Shown: positions 1-8,152, counted from the first letter of the stretch. The stretch: 12,740 bases of DNA from an uncultured bacterium (GCA_964510165.1 CAZEBC010000121.1:1-12740); one strand, 5' to 3'. Program-made: numbers and translations. The notes: generated by a model from the letters alone, not told the origin.

Positions 1-7
1 CTGTCCA

Positions 8-1558
8 ATGCTGAATTCGTTCCTCTCTTTCCTGACCGAACTCAAGCGACGCCTCTCAGATTTCACAATAAATGAGAGCAAGGCCCATCTGCTTGCACTG
101 CTCCTCATCCTCGCGCTTGCCGTCACCGTCCGCGTCCGCTTCCTGTTCGAGCCTATGCGATATGACGAGGCCTACACGTTCCTCACCTACGCATCGAAAC
201 CCCTCCACATCGGCCTCACAAAATACTGGACCAATAATCATCTCCTCAACACATTCCTCATGCATGTCGCATGCTCAATATTCGGCAACAAGCCGTGGGT
301 GCTCCGCCTCCCCGTGCTCCTCGCCGGAACGCTGGTCGTGCCCGCGATATATCTCGCCGTCCGGGCACTCTATGACAAGCACGCGGCCATTCTGGCCGCC
401 GGCGTCGCGGCCTCCTCGTCCGCCCTCGTCGAGTACTCGGTCAACGCGCGTGGATACATATACGTCTGCCTGTTCTTCCTGCTGACCCTTGCGCTCGCAA
501 CACACATCAGACAGAACGCAAACCCGGGCGCATGGGGACTTTTCTCCCTCTTTGCGGCCCTCGGTTTCTATAGCCTTCCCACCATGCTCTATCCCTTCGG
601 GGTCGTCGCCTCATGGCTCTTCCTCTCGATCATCCTCCAGTCACCCGAGCAAGGCCGCGGCACTCTCCTGAAACGGTATTCTCTCTCGCTCTTGCTCGCG
701 GGATTGCTCACCGCCTTGCTGTATCTGCCCGTCCTCGTTGTTTCGGGACTCCAGTCAATTACCGAGAACGACGTCGTCGCGAAGGATTTCGTCTCAGAAA
801 CGCTCTCGGAGTACCTGCCCGAATTCTGGGCCACCCTCGACCACGCATGGCATCATTGGCATGTGGACATTCCAATCGCGATCAAGTTTCTCCTGATGGC
901 AGGCTTCGCAGTCGCGATGGTCTTCCACATGCGACTCACCCCGCACCGCGTGCCGTTGCCCGCCGCAGTCCTCCTGTGGCTTATCCCCGTCCTGGCAATC
1001 CAGCGGGTAAGCCCGCCCATCCGCATATGGCTTTTCCTGTTCCCCTGCTATGTGGCGCTTGCATGCGGAGGTATCGGAGGCATGTTCAATTGGGGATTGA
1101 GGAATACCGGAAGGTATCAATCCGTCGTGATCGCCGTCGCTGCCCTCGTCATATCGCTGTGGCTCGGAGTGAACGTCCTCAATTCCCGCTCGGTCGCCAG
1201 CCCGGAAGGAACACTTGATGACGCGGAGCAAATCACCTTCTTCCTCAAGGATTACCTCAAGCCCGGCGACAGGATAATCGCCACCGCGGGCGCCGCCTCG
1301 ATTGTGGAATACTACTTCACCTTGCACGGCGTGCCCGTCGAGTACCTCCATTCAGATGCCCGATTCGGCAACCGAATCGTCATCGTCGTCAACGAATCCA
1401 AGCGGCGAGCCGATGAGATTCTCAGCCAGCGCGGCGCCTCCGTAATCGAGAATCTGCACAAGGCGTTTCCCAACTATAGCGAGGCGAAGCTCATCAAACG
1501 CTATCAGTTCGCAACCCTGTACGAGCTCTACAAAATGCGAGGCGAGCACGAGAACTGA
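8..1558 (+). CDS. GT-C fold integral membrane glycosyltransferase (ArnT/PMT-like, GT39/GT83-like)
   Basis: 516-aa polytopic membrane ORF. Has the acidic DE motif after the first TM (MRYDEAYT), NNHLL, RLPVLLAG and YSVNARGY motifs typical of lipid-donor GT-C enzymes, plus a soluble C-terminal domain. The start is at the window edge and could extend upstream. Confidence 0.8.
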   Translation: MLNSFLSFLTELKRRLSDFTINESKAHLLALLLILALAVTVRVRFLFEPMRYDEAYTFLTYASKPLHIGLTKYWTNNHLLNTFLMHVACSIFGNKPWVLRLPVLLAGTLVVPAIYLAVRALYDKHAAILAAGVAASSSALVEYSVNARGYIYVCLFFLLTLALATHIRQNANPGAWGLFSLFAALGFYSLPTMLYPFGVVASWLFLSIILQSPEQGRGTLLKRYSLSLLLAGLLTALLYLPVLVVSGLQSITENDVVAKDFVSETLSEYLPEFWATLDHAWHHWHVDIPIAIKFLLMAGFAVAMVFHMRLTPHRVPLPAAVLLWLIPVLAIQRVSPPIRIWLFLFPCYVALACGGIGGMFNWGLRNTGRYQSVVIAVAALVISLWLGVNVLNSRSVASPEGTLDDAEQITFFLKDYLKPGDRIIATAGAASIVEYYFTLHGVPVEYLHSDARFGNRIVIVVNESKRRADEILSQRGASVIENLHKAFPNYSEAKLIKRYQFATLYELYKMRGEHEN

Positions 1559-1624
1559 CTGCCGCCCCGCCACGAAGCCGAACCGGGCCGGGGGGCGCGA
1601 TCCATCCCGCCCGCTTGCACCCCT

Positions 1625-1653
1625 TTGCCTCCTCCCCGAGTTTGCTGTATAAT
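1625..1653 (+). promoter_or_regulatory. sigma70-type promoter upstream of the dehydrogenase-kdgK pair
   Basis: TTGCCT (1625-1630), 17-nt spacer, TATAAT (1648-1653), in the intergenic region. Confidence 0.6.
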
Positions 1654-1691
1654 CATGCCGCCCGTTCCATGCACAAATGAACCGCTGGACT

Positions 1692-1715
1692 GTAAGGGCG
1701 CACGCCGTGCGCCCT
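1692..1715. repeat. REP-like GC-rich palindrome
   Basis: GTA followed by AGGGCGCAC-gcc-GTGCGCCCT, a perfect 9-bp inverted repeat with a GTAG-like 5' foot. Confidence 0.45.
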
Positions 1716-1830
1716 GCCGCTCACGCGGAAACTCGCGACGGTAACAGTACATTGATGATTTTCTAGGAGCGTCACGCCTCGGCGTGACGGCGCCCGTCAC
1801 GAATTTCAAACTGATTAGTGCGGAGGAATC

Positions 1831-2844
1831 ATGAAAGCCGCTGTCTTGAAGGATAAGCGAAAAATGGTCATCGAGGAGGCGCCCGACCCCAAGGCCGCGC
1901 ACGGCGAAGTCGTCCTCGAAATGAAATACGTCGGCATTTGCGGGTCAGACCTGCACCTTTACGCCACCGGGCTGCTTCCGCCTGACAGCATCATGGGGCA
2001 CGAATGCGCTGGGGTGGTCGTCCAGGTCGGCGAGGGCGTCGAAAACTGGAAGGTCGGTGACAGAGCCGCGATTCACGGCGGTTTGCCCTGCGGCAAGTGT
2101 TTCTTGTGCCGAAACGGGCGCAGCAACATCTGCATTGAGGGCAGCGGCATTGGCCTCGGCCACATGCCGGGCGGCTACGCCGAACTGCTCAAGGTGTTCC
2201 CGGGACAAATGGTGCGACTGCCCGATGAGGTCAGCCTGAAGGATGCCGCACTGCTCGACCCGTTCTCCACCGCCATGCACGCGATTAATCTCTCGGGCTT
2301 CCAACAGGGCGAAACGGCGCTCGTTATAGGCGCCGGGCCCATTGGCCTGTGCATCATTCAGGAGCTTAAGCTCGCAGGAGCCAAACTCGTCGCGGCAACC
2401 GAACTCGTCGAAACGCGCGCCCGCGCCGCAAAGCGTTTCGGAGCCGACCCCGTCCTCAAGCCCGGCCATGATGACATCATGGAGAGGCTCGCCGGACTCA
2501 CCGACTGCGAAGGCCCTGATTACGTGTTCGAGTGCGTCGGCGTCGCCGACACCACCACCGACGCCTTCACCCTGGTGAGGCGCGCGGGTAAGGTCGTGCT
2601 CGTCGGCGTATGCATGGAACCAACAACCGTGGTCCCCGTTTTCTGGATGATCAAGGAACTCTCGATGCAGACCACCATGGGCTTCCGCAGAGACGAATTC
2701 ATGCGCTCACTCGATTTGCTCCATAAAGGCGTCCTGAAAACCGACGGCCTCGTGAGTGAGACCGTCACGCTCGACCGGCTTCCCGAGGCCTTCGAGCGAC
2801 TCCTCACCCCAAACCAGGAAATCAAGGTCCTCGTTGAATATTAG
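1831..2844 (+). CDS. Zinc-dependent medium-chain dehydrogenase/reductase (threonine/sorbitol/sugar-acid dehydrogenase-like)
   Basis: GICGSDLH and GHE catalytic-zinc motifs, structural-zinc CGKCFLC...C cluster, Rossmann GAGPIG, C-terminal KVLV. SD GGAGG precedes the ATG. Confidence 0.9.
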   Translation: MKAAVLKDKRKMVIEEAPDPKAAHGEVVLEMKYVGICGSDLHLYATGLLPPDSIMGHECAGVVVQVGEGVENWKVGDRAAIHGGLPCGKCFLCRNGRSNICIEGSGIGLGHMPGGYAELLKVFPGQMVRLPDEVSLKDAALLDPFSTAMHAINLSGFQQGETALVIGAGPIGLCIIQELKLAGAKLVAATELVETRARAAKRFGADPVLKPGHDDIMERLAGLTDCEGPDYVFECVGVADTTTDAFTLVRRAGKVVLVGVCMEPTTVVPVFWMIKELSMQTTMGFRRDEFMRSLDLLHKGVLKTDGLVSETVTLDRLPEAFERLLTPNQEIKVLVEY

Positions 2845-2882
2845 CGGCCCCATCGTTTGTGGCAGGTGAGAGGGAGAAGAAG

Positions 2883-3842
2883 GTGAAACCATTCGACTTC
2901 GTGACCTTCGGCGAAACCATGATCAGGCTCTCGCCCCCGAACAAGCAACTCCTCGAGCAGGCAGCCTCGCTCGACATACATGTCGGCGGGAGCGAATCGA
3001 ACACCGCCATGACACTCGCTCGCCTCGGGCTTCGAACCGCATGGGTTTCCAAGCTGGTCGCCAACCCGCTCGGCAGGAAGATCGCCTCAACACTGGCGGC
3101 GCAGGGAGTGGATATCTCGGGGATTGTCTGGACGGAAACCGGTCGCAATGCGACGTACTTTGTCGAATTCGGCGCGCCGCCCCGCCCTCACCGTGTCACC
3201 TATGACCGCAAAGATTCCGCCATAAACGCCCTCAAGCCCGCCGAGGTCAATTGGGCCCTCTTCGAAAAGGCCCGCGTGGTCCATCTGACCGGCATCACGC
3301 CCGCCCTTAGCGACAACTGCCGCCGACTCGTCGCCTCGATAATCGAACACGCCCGTACACAGCGTTCGCTCATCTCCTTCGACGTGAATTACCGCTCGAA
3401 ATTGTGGAACACGCGGCGGGCCAGACGCATCCTTGAGCCATTGTGTTCAAACGCGGATATCTTGTTCATCGGACGGGATGATGCCGCCGATATATTCGGC
3501 GTCAGCGGCGAGCCTGAGCGCATAGTCGAAACGCTGGCGTCACGGCTCGGATGCCCAACCGTCGCCGTCACGTTGGGTCGAGGCGGCGCCATCTGCCTGC
3601 ACAAGGGCAAGCTTGTTCGCTCAAGGACGTTCCAGACCAGCGAGGTGGACCGGCTGGGCGCAGGGGACGCATTTTCCGCAGGCTTCATCTTCGGCTACCT
3701 GACCCGCAACGTGGAATACGCCATCGAGTTCGCCGCCGCCATTTCCGCACTAAAATTCACAATCCCCGGCGATGCGTGCCTCATCACGAAGGCCGATGTC
3801 GAAGCTGTGATGGATTCTGGTGAGTCTAAGATTCAACGATAG
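2883..3842 (+). CDS. kdgK: 2-dehydro-3-deoxygluconokinase-like PfkB family sugar kinase
   Basis: FGETMIRLSP, GGSESN, YDRKDSA, GITPALS, FDVNYRSKLW, DRLGAGDAF PfkB signature and C-terminal IQR. Start placed at the in-frame GTG 2883 after GGGAG; the ORF track starts at 2859. Confidence 0.85.
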   Translation: MKPFDFVTFGETMIRLSPPNKQLLEQAASLDIHVGGSESNTAMTLARLGLRTAWVSKLVANPLGRKIASTLAAQGVDISGIVWTETGRNATYFVEFGAPPRPHRVTYDRKDSAINALKPAEVNWALFEKARVVHLTGITPALSDNCRRLVASIIEHARTQRSLISFDVNYRSKLWNTRRARRILEPLCSNADILFIGRDDAADIFGVSGEPERIVETLASRLGCPTVAVTLGRGGAICLHKGKLVRSRTFQTSEVDRLGAGDAFSAGFIFGYLTRNVEYAIEFAAAISALKFTIPGDACLITKADVEAVMDSGESKIQR

Positions 3843-4070
3843 GGACGTATTGAAAGGAGACCTCTCAAATCTCTCTTGCGAGAAAGATTCTCTGAAACGA
3901 GGTCCGATGCACAGCGGGCGAGACCATGCGGGAAATATGACACACTTCTCCCTCTCCCTCGAATGAACCTTCAACGGACGCCTTCCTCGGACCCGACAAT
4001 AGAGGTTCTTCCAAAGGCTCCGAATTCGTCAGTCCTCCGGTAATAGACCGTGAGAGCATAGGCAAAGACC

Positions 4071-4391
4071 TTACGCTTTGTCGGTTACCACCAACAACCT
4101 TCCGCAATACTCGCAGTTGTGAACGAAGTTCCTGTACCGAAACACATCGTGTGACTCCGGATACAGCATGTTGCATTCACTGCACACTCCGTCCTCCAGA
4201 ACCGCGGTTCCCTTCCCCTTGCGAGCCCTGATCTTTCGGAACCGATTCAGGACACTCGGGTCCAGTTCCTTCGCCAGCCTGTGAAACGCCTGGCTGTTCT
4301 CGATCCCGTTGCCATCGCTCTCCAGCTTGTGCAGCTTCAGCACCAACGTGACCTGATCGTTCTTCTTCATCTTGACCTTCTGGGCATTCAC
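4071..4391 (-). CDS. Small C4-type zinc-ribbon protein (DUF164/zf-RING_7-like C-terminal domain, without the long coiled coil)
   Basis: GVCSECNM...HNCEYCGRLL double CxxC, preceded by a basic helix (RFRKIRARKG). Strong SD AAAGGAGG 7 nt before the GTG, 22 nt downstream of the XRE-EIIA stop. Confidence 0.8.
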   Translation of the reverse strand: MNAQKVKMKKNDQVTLVLKLHKLESDGNGIENSQAFHRLAKELDPSVLNRFRKIRARKGKGTAVLEDGVCSECNMLYPESHDVFRYRNFVHNCEYCGRLLVVTDKA

Positions 4392-4413
4392 TGTTGGCCC
4401 TCCTTTCCTCGAT

Positions 4414-5286
4414 TCAGGGAATCCTCATCTCCGCCGACCTGAACATCGAGATGACCTCGCGAGGGCTCGTGGCCCTCAGCACACTCTCGATGAACGAGTC
4501 ATATCTCATCAGCTTGGCTATCCTTGCCAATAACCGGAGGTGCACATTCTCCGACGAATGTGGCCCGGCCATCACCAAAACCATGTAGACCGGCTCTCCG
4601 TCTATGGACTCAAAATCCATGCCATCCAAAATCCGAAAAAGAGCCACAACCATCTTTTTCAGCCCCGGCACGAACGCATGGGGAACGGCTACTCCGCCTC
4701 CAATCCCTGTGCTTGCCGCCGCTTCTCGCTTGAGCAGCTCAGCCAGAAGAGGCCCAGTCCGCATCCCCTCGCGCCCTTGGGCCATCAGTCCGACCGCCTT
4801 CTCCAACAAGTCCCTCTTATTCTCGACCCCAATCACGTCAAATATGAGCTTCTCCTCCAAAAACGGCCATAGGTACGGACCAACGATCTCCTGCCGGGGC
4901 GGCTCAATCTCAAAAGGCTCCAAGCCCCCATTCTTCAAGGTTTCCCTTATCGTTTCCCAACCATATCGGTTGAGATACTCCGTAAGCTCCATGAAATCGC
5001 CAGCGCACATCGAGCAACGCTTCGCCATGCTCAGAAAATCAACCACCTCCGGCGCATGACTCTGCGAAAGGCCTCGGTCTGCCCGGTTCACCAGCGACAT
5101 CAAGTACCCCTGAGGCACTTTCAAAGCCTCCTCTATCCGGGCAACCCTCGCCGGACAGGGAGGCGGCTCCTTCCCGGTCTCCACGAAACTCATATAGGTT
5201 GGCGAAACATCAATCATTCTCGAAAGCTCCCTCAGGCTGACACCCGCGGAGATTCTCAAGGTTCTCAGGATATATCCGAAGTTCAT
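4414..5286 (-). CDS. XRE-family HTH transcriptional regulator fused to a PTS EIIA type-2 (PtsN/fructose-type) domain
   Basis: N-terminal FGYILRTLRISAGVSLRELSRMIDVSPTYMSFVETG is XRE/Cro-C1 HTH. C-terminal REAAASTGIGGGVAVPHA, DFESIDGEPV and HLRLLARIA are EIIA_2 motifs with the phosphoacceptor His. Start placed at ATG 5286 (GGAG SD) because the upstream in-frame starts lie within or upstream of the promoter. Confidence 0.85.
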   Translation of the reverse strand: MNFGYILRTLRISAGVSLRELSRMIDVSPTYMSFVETGKEPPPCPARVARIEEALKVPQGYLMSLVNRADRGLSQSHAPEVVDFLSMAKRCSMCAGDFMELTEYLNRYGWETIRETLKNGGLEPFEIEPPRQEIVGPYLWPFLEEKLIFDVIGVENKRDLLEKAVGLMAQGREGMRTGPLLAELLKREAAASTGIGGGVAVPHAFVPGLKKMVVALFRILDGMDFESIDGEPVYMVLVMAGPHSSENVHLRLLARIAKLMRYDSFIESVLRATSPREVISMFRSAEMRIP

Positions 5287-5302
5287 ATGCCGCTCCGTTA
5301 AT

Positions 5303-5315
5303 TGTTTACTAAACA
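5303..5315. promoter_or_regulatory. Candidate operator palindrome overlapping the -10/TSS of the XRE-EIIA promoter
   Basis: TGTTTA-C-TAAACA, a perfect 6-bp inverted repeat abutting the -10 box. Confidence 0.5.
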
Positions 5316-5343
5316 TTATAACCTCCCCACACCCCTTTGTCAA
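5315..5343 (-). promoter_or_regulatory. Perfect-consensus sigma70 promoter for the XRE-EIIA/zinc-ribbon unit
   Basis: Minus strand: TTGACA (5343-5338), 17 nt, TATAAT (5320-5315). Confidence 0.8.
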
Positions 5344-5400
5344 GTCCCCCCTTAACACTGCCACCCTTCATTGACCACCAAGCGCCTACTTCCCATAAAC

Positions 5401-5429
5401 TTGCACAAACGCAAAACTTACGATATGAT
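5401..5429 (+). promoter_or_regulatory. sigma70-type promoter for the two-component system
   Basis: TTGCAC (5401-5406), 17 nt, TATGAT (5424-5429), in an AT-rich divergent region. Confidence 0.55.
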
Positions 5430-5504
5430 AAATAGAATAACTCATATTATTTGTTTTCAGAAATCCCAAAACCGAAAGACAGCCCAACGCATCTCGCGCC
5501 TCGA

Positions 5505-6665
5505 ATGAAAAGCGATATCAGGCTCTGCATAACCTTGCGACTCATCATCCTCACCTCTGTTATCCTTCTCATAACCTGGCTGCACTATTTCACCGATGTC
5601 ACCCATGAGAACATATATCTCCATAGTATCCATTACCTTCTGTATATCCTGCCGATATTGATGGCGGCCATATGGTATGGCCTTGTCGGCGGCGTCGCGA
5701 CCGCATTGCTGGCGAGCGCGCTTTACGCCCCGCTCGTCTTCGGGCGGGGCACATCTCACGTGCTGGAGGCATCCGCCGCCCAGCGGGTTCTGGAGTTGCT
5801 GGTCTATAACGTCGTCGGCTGGGTCACGGGACTGTTGTCCGAACGCGAGCGCCGCGAACGCGAGCACTACCGCCACACCGCCGAGGAACTCCAGAAGGCC
5901 TACACAAAACTCCGGGAACAGACCGACCTCATCATAGACAAGGAAGAGCAGCTTCGGAGGGCCGAGCGTTTGAGCACGTTGGGTGAGCTCTCGGCCGGGG
6001 TCGCCCACGAAATCCGCAACCCGATCGCCTCCATTAAGGGCGCAGCCGAGATACTTCAGGACCCCCACACCCCGTCGGAACGGCGGCAGGAGTTCATGGA
6101 CCTGATGCTCAAGGAGGCCAACCGGCTGAATCGGGTGGTCGCCAATTTCCTCGAACTGGCGCGCTTCAGGCGGCTCCAGCGCGAAAAGGCGAACGTGAAC
6201 GATATCCTGTGGCGCATGCTCCAGATACTCGACCTGCAACTCGGCCGAAAGAACATAACGGTGCACACTCACTTCGCGCCTGAGTTGCCAAACGTGAGCC
6301 TCGACGTGTCGCAGATGGAGCAAGCAGTGCTCAATGTGTTCCTCAATGCCGTCGCCGCCATGCCCGCAGGCGGCTCGCTGGACCTGGCGACGACCTTGAT
6401 TCAGGAAAACGGCGAGCGGAAAGTGCTGGTCAAGATTTCCGACACGGGAACCGGCATCGCCCCCGAGCATCTTGCAGCCGTCTTCGACCCCTTCTTCACC
6501 ACCAAATCCGACGGCACGGGCCTCGGACTCCCAATCGTCAAACGCATACTCCAGGCACACGGCGGCTCAGTCGAGATTTCGAGCGAATACGGCAAGGGCA
6601 CGCGCGTCACGCTGGCGCTCCCACTGAACTCGGAGAAGGACAATGACCAAGATACTTCTGGTTGA
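5505..6665 (+). CDS. Membrane sensor histidine kinase (NtrB/ZraS-like; about 4 TM, DUF4118-like N-terminus)
   Basis: H-box AGVAHEIRNP, N-box NVFLNA, G1 DTGTGI, F-box FDPFFTTK, G2 GTGLGL, with hydrophobic N-terminal helices. ATG 5505 preferred over TTG 5451, but the start is uncertain. Confidence 0.92.
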   Translation: MKSDIRLCITLRLIILTSVILLITWLHYFTDVTHENIYLHSIHYLLYILPILMAAIWYGLVGGVATALLASALYAPLVFGRGTSHVLEASAAQRVLELLVYNVVGWVTGLLSERERREREHYRHTAEELQKAYTKLREQTDLIIDKEEQLRRAERLSTLGELSAGVAHEIRNPIASIKGAAEILQDPHTPSERRQEFMDLMLKEANRLNRVVANFLELARFRRLQREKANVNDILWRMLQILDLQLGRKNITVHTHFAPELPNVSLDVSQMEQAVLNVFLNAVAAMPAGGSLDLATTLIQENGERKVLVKISDTGTGIAPEHLAAVFDPFFTTKSDGTGLGLPIVKRILQAHGGSVEISSEYGKGTRVTLALPLNSEKDNDQDTSG

Positions 6666-8016
6666 CGACGACCTCAGTCTCAGGAAAGTCCTGCAGTTCA
6701 ACCTCGAGCAAGAGGGCTACGCCGTTGTCTGCGCTTCTGACGGCAGGGAAGGCATCAAACTGTTCGAGGAGCATGACCCCGACCTTGTCATCACGGACCT
6801 GAAGATGCCCGGCATGGACGGGACCGAACTGCTTCGCGAGATAAAACGTCGCGACCTCGAAAGCCTCGTCATCATGATAACTGCTTTCGGAACGGTTGAT
6901 AACGCGATCGAGGCCATGAAGCTCGGCGCGTATGATTACATTACCAAGCCGTTCAACCGCGACGAACTCAGGATCGTCGTTCGAAGGGCGCTCGACGTGC
7001 GCAACCTGCGCGCGCACACCCATTTCCTCGAGTCCCAGCTTATCGACCGGTTCAGCTTCGAGAACATAATCGGCGCGAGCCCCAGGATGGCCCAGGTCTT
7101 CGAGATGGTGCGCCGCATCGCCCCAAGCGATGTTACCGTCCTCATAAAGGGCGAGAGCGGCACGGGCAAGGAATTGATCGCGCGGGCGATCCATTACAGC
7201 AGCCCCCGCGCAAAAGGCAATTTCGTCGCCGTGAATTGTTCCGCGATACCCGAAAACCTGCTCGAAAGCGAACTGTTCGGGCACAAGAAGGGCGCATTCA
7301 CTGGTGCGGTCTCCGACAAAATAGGCAAGTTCGAACTCTCCAGCGGCGGCGCCATCTTTCTCGACGAGGTCGCCGACCTGCGGTTCGACCTTCAAGCCAA
7401 GCTCCTGCGCGTGCTTCAGGAAAAGGAAATCGAGCGCGTCGGCGATCCACGGCCCATCCGGATTGATATCCGCGTGATCGCCGCCACCAACAAAGACCTC
7501 GAAGACATGTTGGCAAAAGGGCTTTTCCGCGAGGACCTTTACCACCGCATCAACGTTGTCCCGATAGAACTGCCGCCGCTCCGCGATCGCAAGGAGGACA
7601 TCCCGCTGCTGGTCCATCATTTCAAGAACAAGTTCGGCGAGGCGGAGTGCCGTATCGAGCCTGAGGTGCTCTCCGCCTTCGCGAAATACCCGTGGCCCGG
7701 CAACGTCAGGGAACTCGAGAACGTCGTCCAGCGCTCGCTCCTCCTGCGCAAGCGCAAGGACCGGCTCGCGCTCGAAGACGTGCCCGATCACGTGCGGGGC
7801 GCATTGGCCTCACCCTCCAAATTGCTGTTTCACATACCCGACGATGGAATCAACCTAGAGGAAGTCGAAAAGGACCTCCTGCTCTACAGTCTCCGAAAAC
7901 ATAACTGGAACCAGACTCGCGCCGCCAAGTTCCTGGGTATAACGCGCCAGGCCCTTATCTATCGCATGGAGAAATACGGCCTGAGAGAGGAACGCGATGG
8001 CCAATCCAAAGAATGA
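6643..8016 (+). CDS. sigma54-dependent NtrC-family response regulator (REC-AAA+-Fis HTH)
   Basis: REC domain (LVDDD, DLKMPGMDG, KPF), Walker A GESGTGKE, intact GAFTGA, Walker B FLDEV, WPGNVREL and C-terminal HTH. Overlaps the kinase by 23 bp. Confidence 0.95.
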   Translation: MTKILLVDDDLSLRKVLQFNLEQEGYAVVCASDGREGIKLFEEHDPDLVITDLKMPGMDGTELLREIKRRDLESLVIMITAFGTVDNAIEAMKLGAYDYITKPFNRDELRIVVRRALDVRNLRAHTHFLESQLIDRFSFENIIGASPRMAQVFEMVRRIAPSDVTVLIKGESGTGKELIARAIHYSSPRAKGNFVAVNCSAIPENLLESELFGHKKGAFTGAVSDKIGKFELSSGGAIFLDEVADLRFDLQAKLLRVLQEKEIERVGDPRPIRIDIRVIAATNKDLEDMLAKGLFREDLYHRINVVPIELPPLRDRKEDIPLLVHHFKNKFGEAECRIEPEVLSAFAKYPWPGNVRELENVVQRSLLLRKRKDRLALEDVPDHVRGALASPSKLLFHIPDDGINLEEVEKDLLLYSLRKHNWNQTRAAKFLGITRQALIYRMEKYGLREERDGQSKE

Positions 8017-8106
8017 ATCGGCGGCGACATAAGGGGCATTCCGGTGCTCCGGGCGGGAAACACCGCTTGCCGTAGGCGCAAAAACATCAAAATCGTCAAA
8101 TTCTTG

Positions 8107-8136
8107 TTGAAAACCAAAAAAATCTCGTGCTATAAT
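8107..8136 (+). promoter_or_regulatory. sigma70-type promoter with extended -10 upstream of yggU
   Basis: TTGAAA (8107-8112), 18 nt, TATAAT (8131-8136), with TG at 8128-8129. Confidence 0.65.
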
Positions 8137-8152
8137 CGCCAGATTAGGGGAA

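Noticed and set aside
3868..3889. Imperfect palindrome AATCTCTCTTGCGAGAAAGATT between the convergent genes as a terminator
   Set aside because: The stem is weak and AT-rich with a mismatch, and there is no clear U-tract.
4000..4045. CTGACGA on the minus strand (4026-4032) as a hammerhead ribozyme core
   Set aside because: No stem II followed by GAAA, and no supporting flanking helices.
5287..5364. N-terminal extension of XRE-EIIA (starts at 5364 or 5316)
   Set aside because: It overlaps the consensus promoter, and ATG 5316 lies inside the -10 box.
3843..5400. XRE-EIIA unit as a mobile element
   Set aside because: It uses more AGA/AGG codons by eye, but I found no integrase, transposase, terminal repeats or target-site duplication.
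5457..7791. Long antisense ORFs 5457..6560 and 6607..7791
   Set aside because: They are antisense shadows of the GC-rich kinase and regulator genes and have no recognisable motifs.
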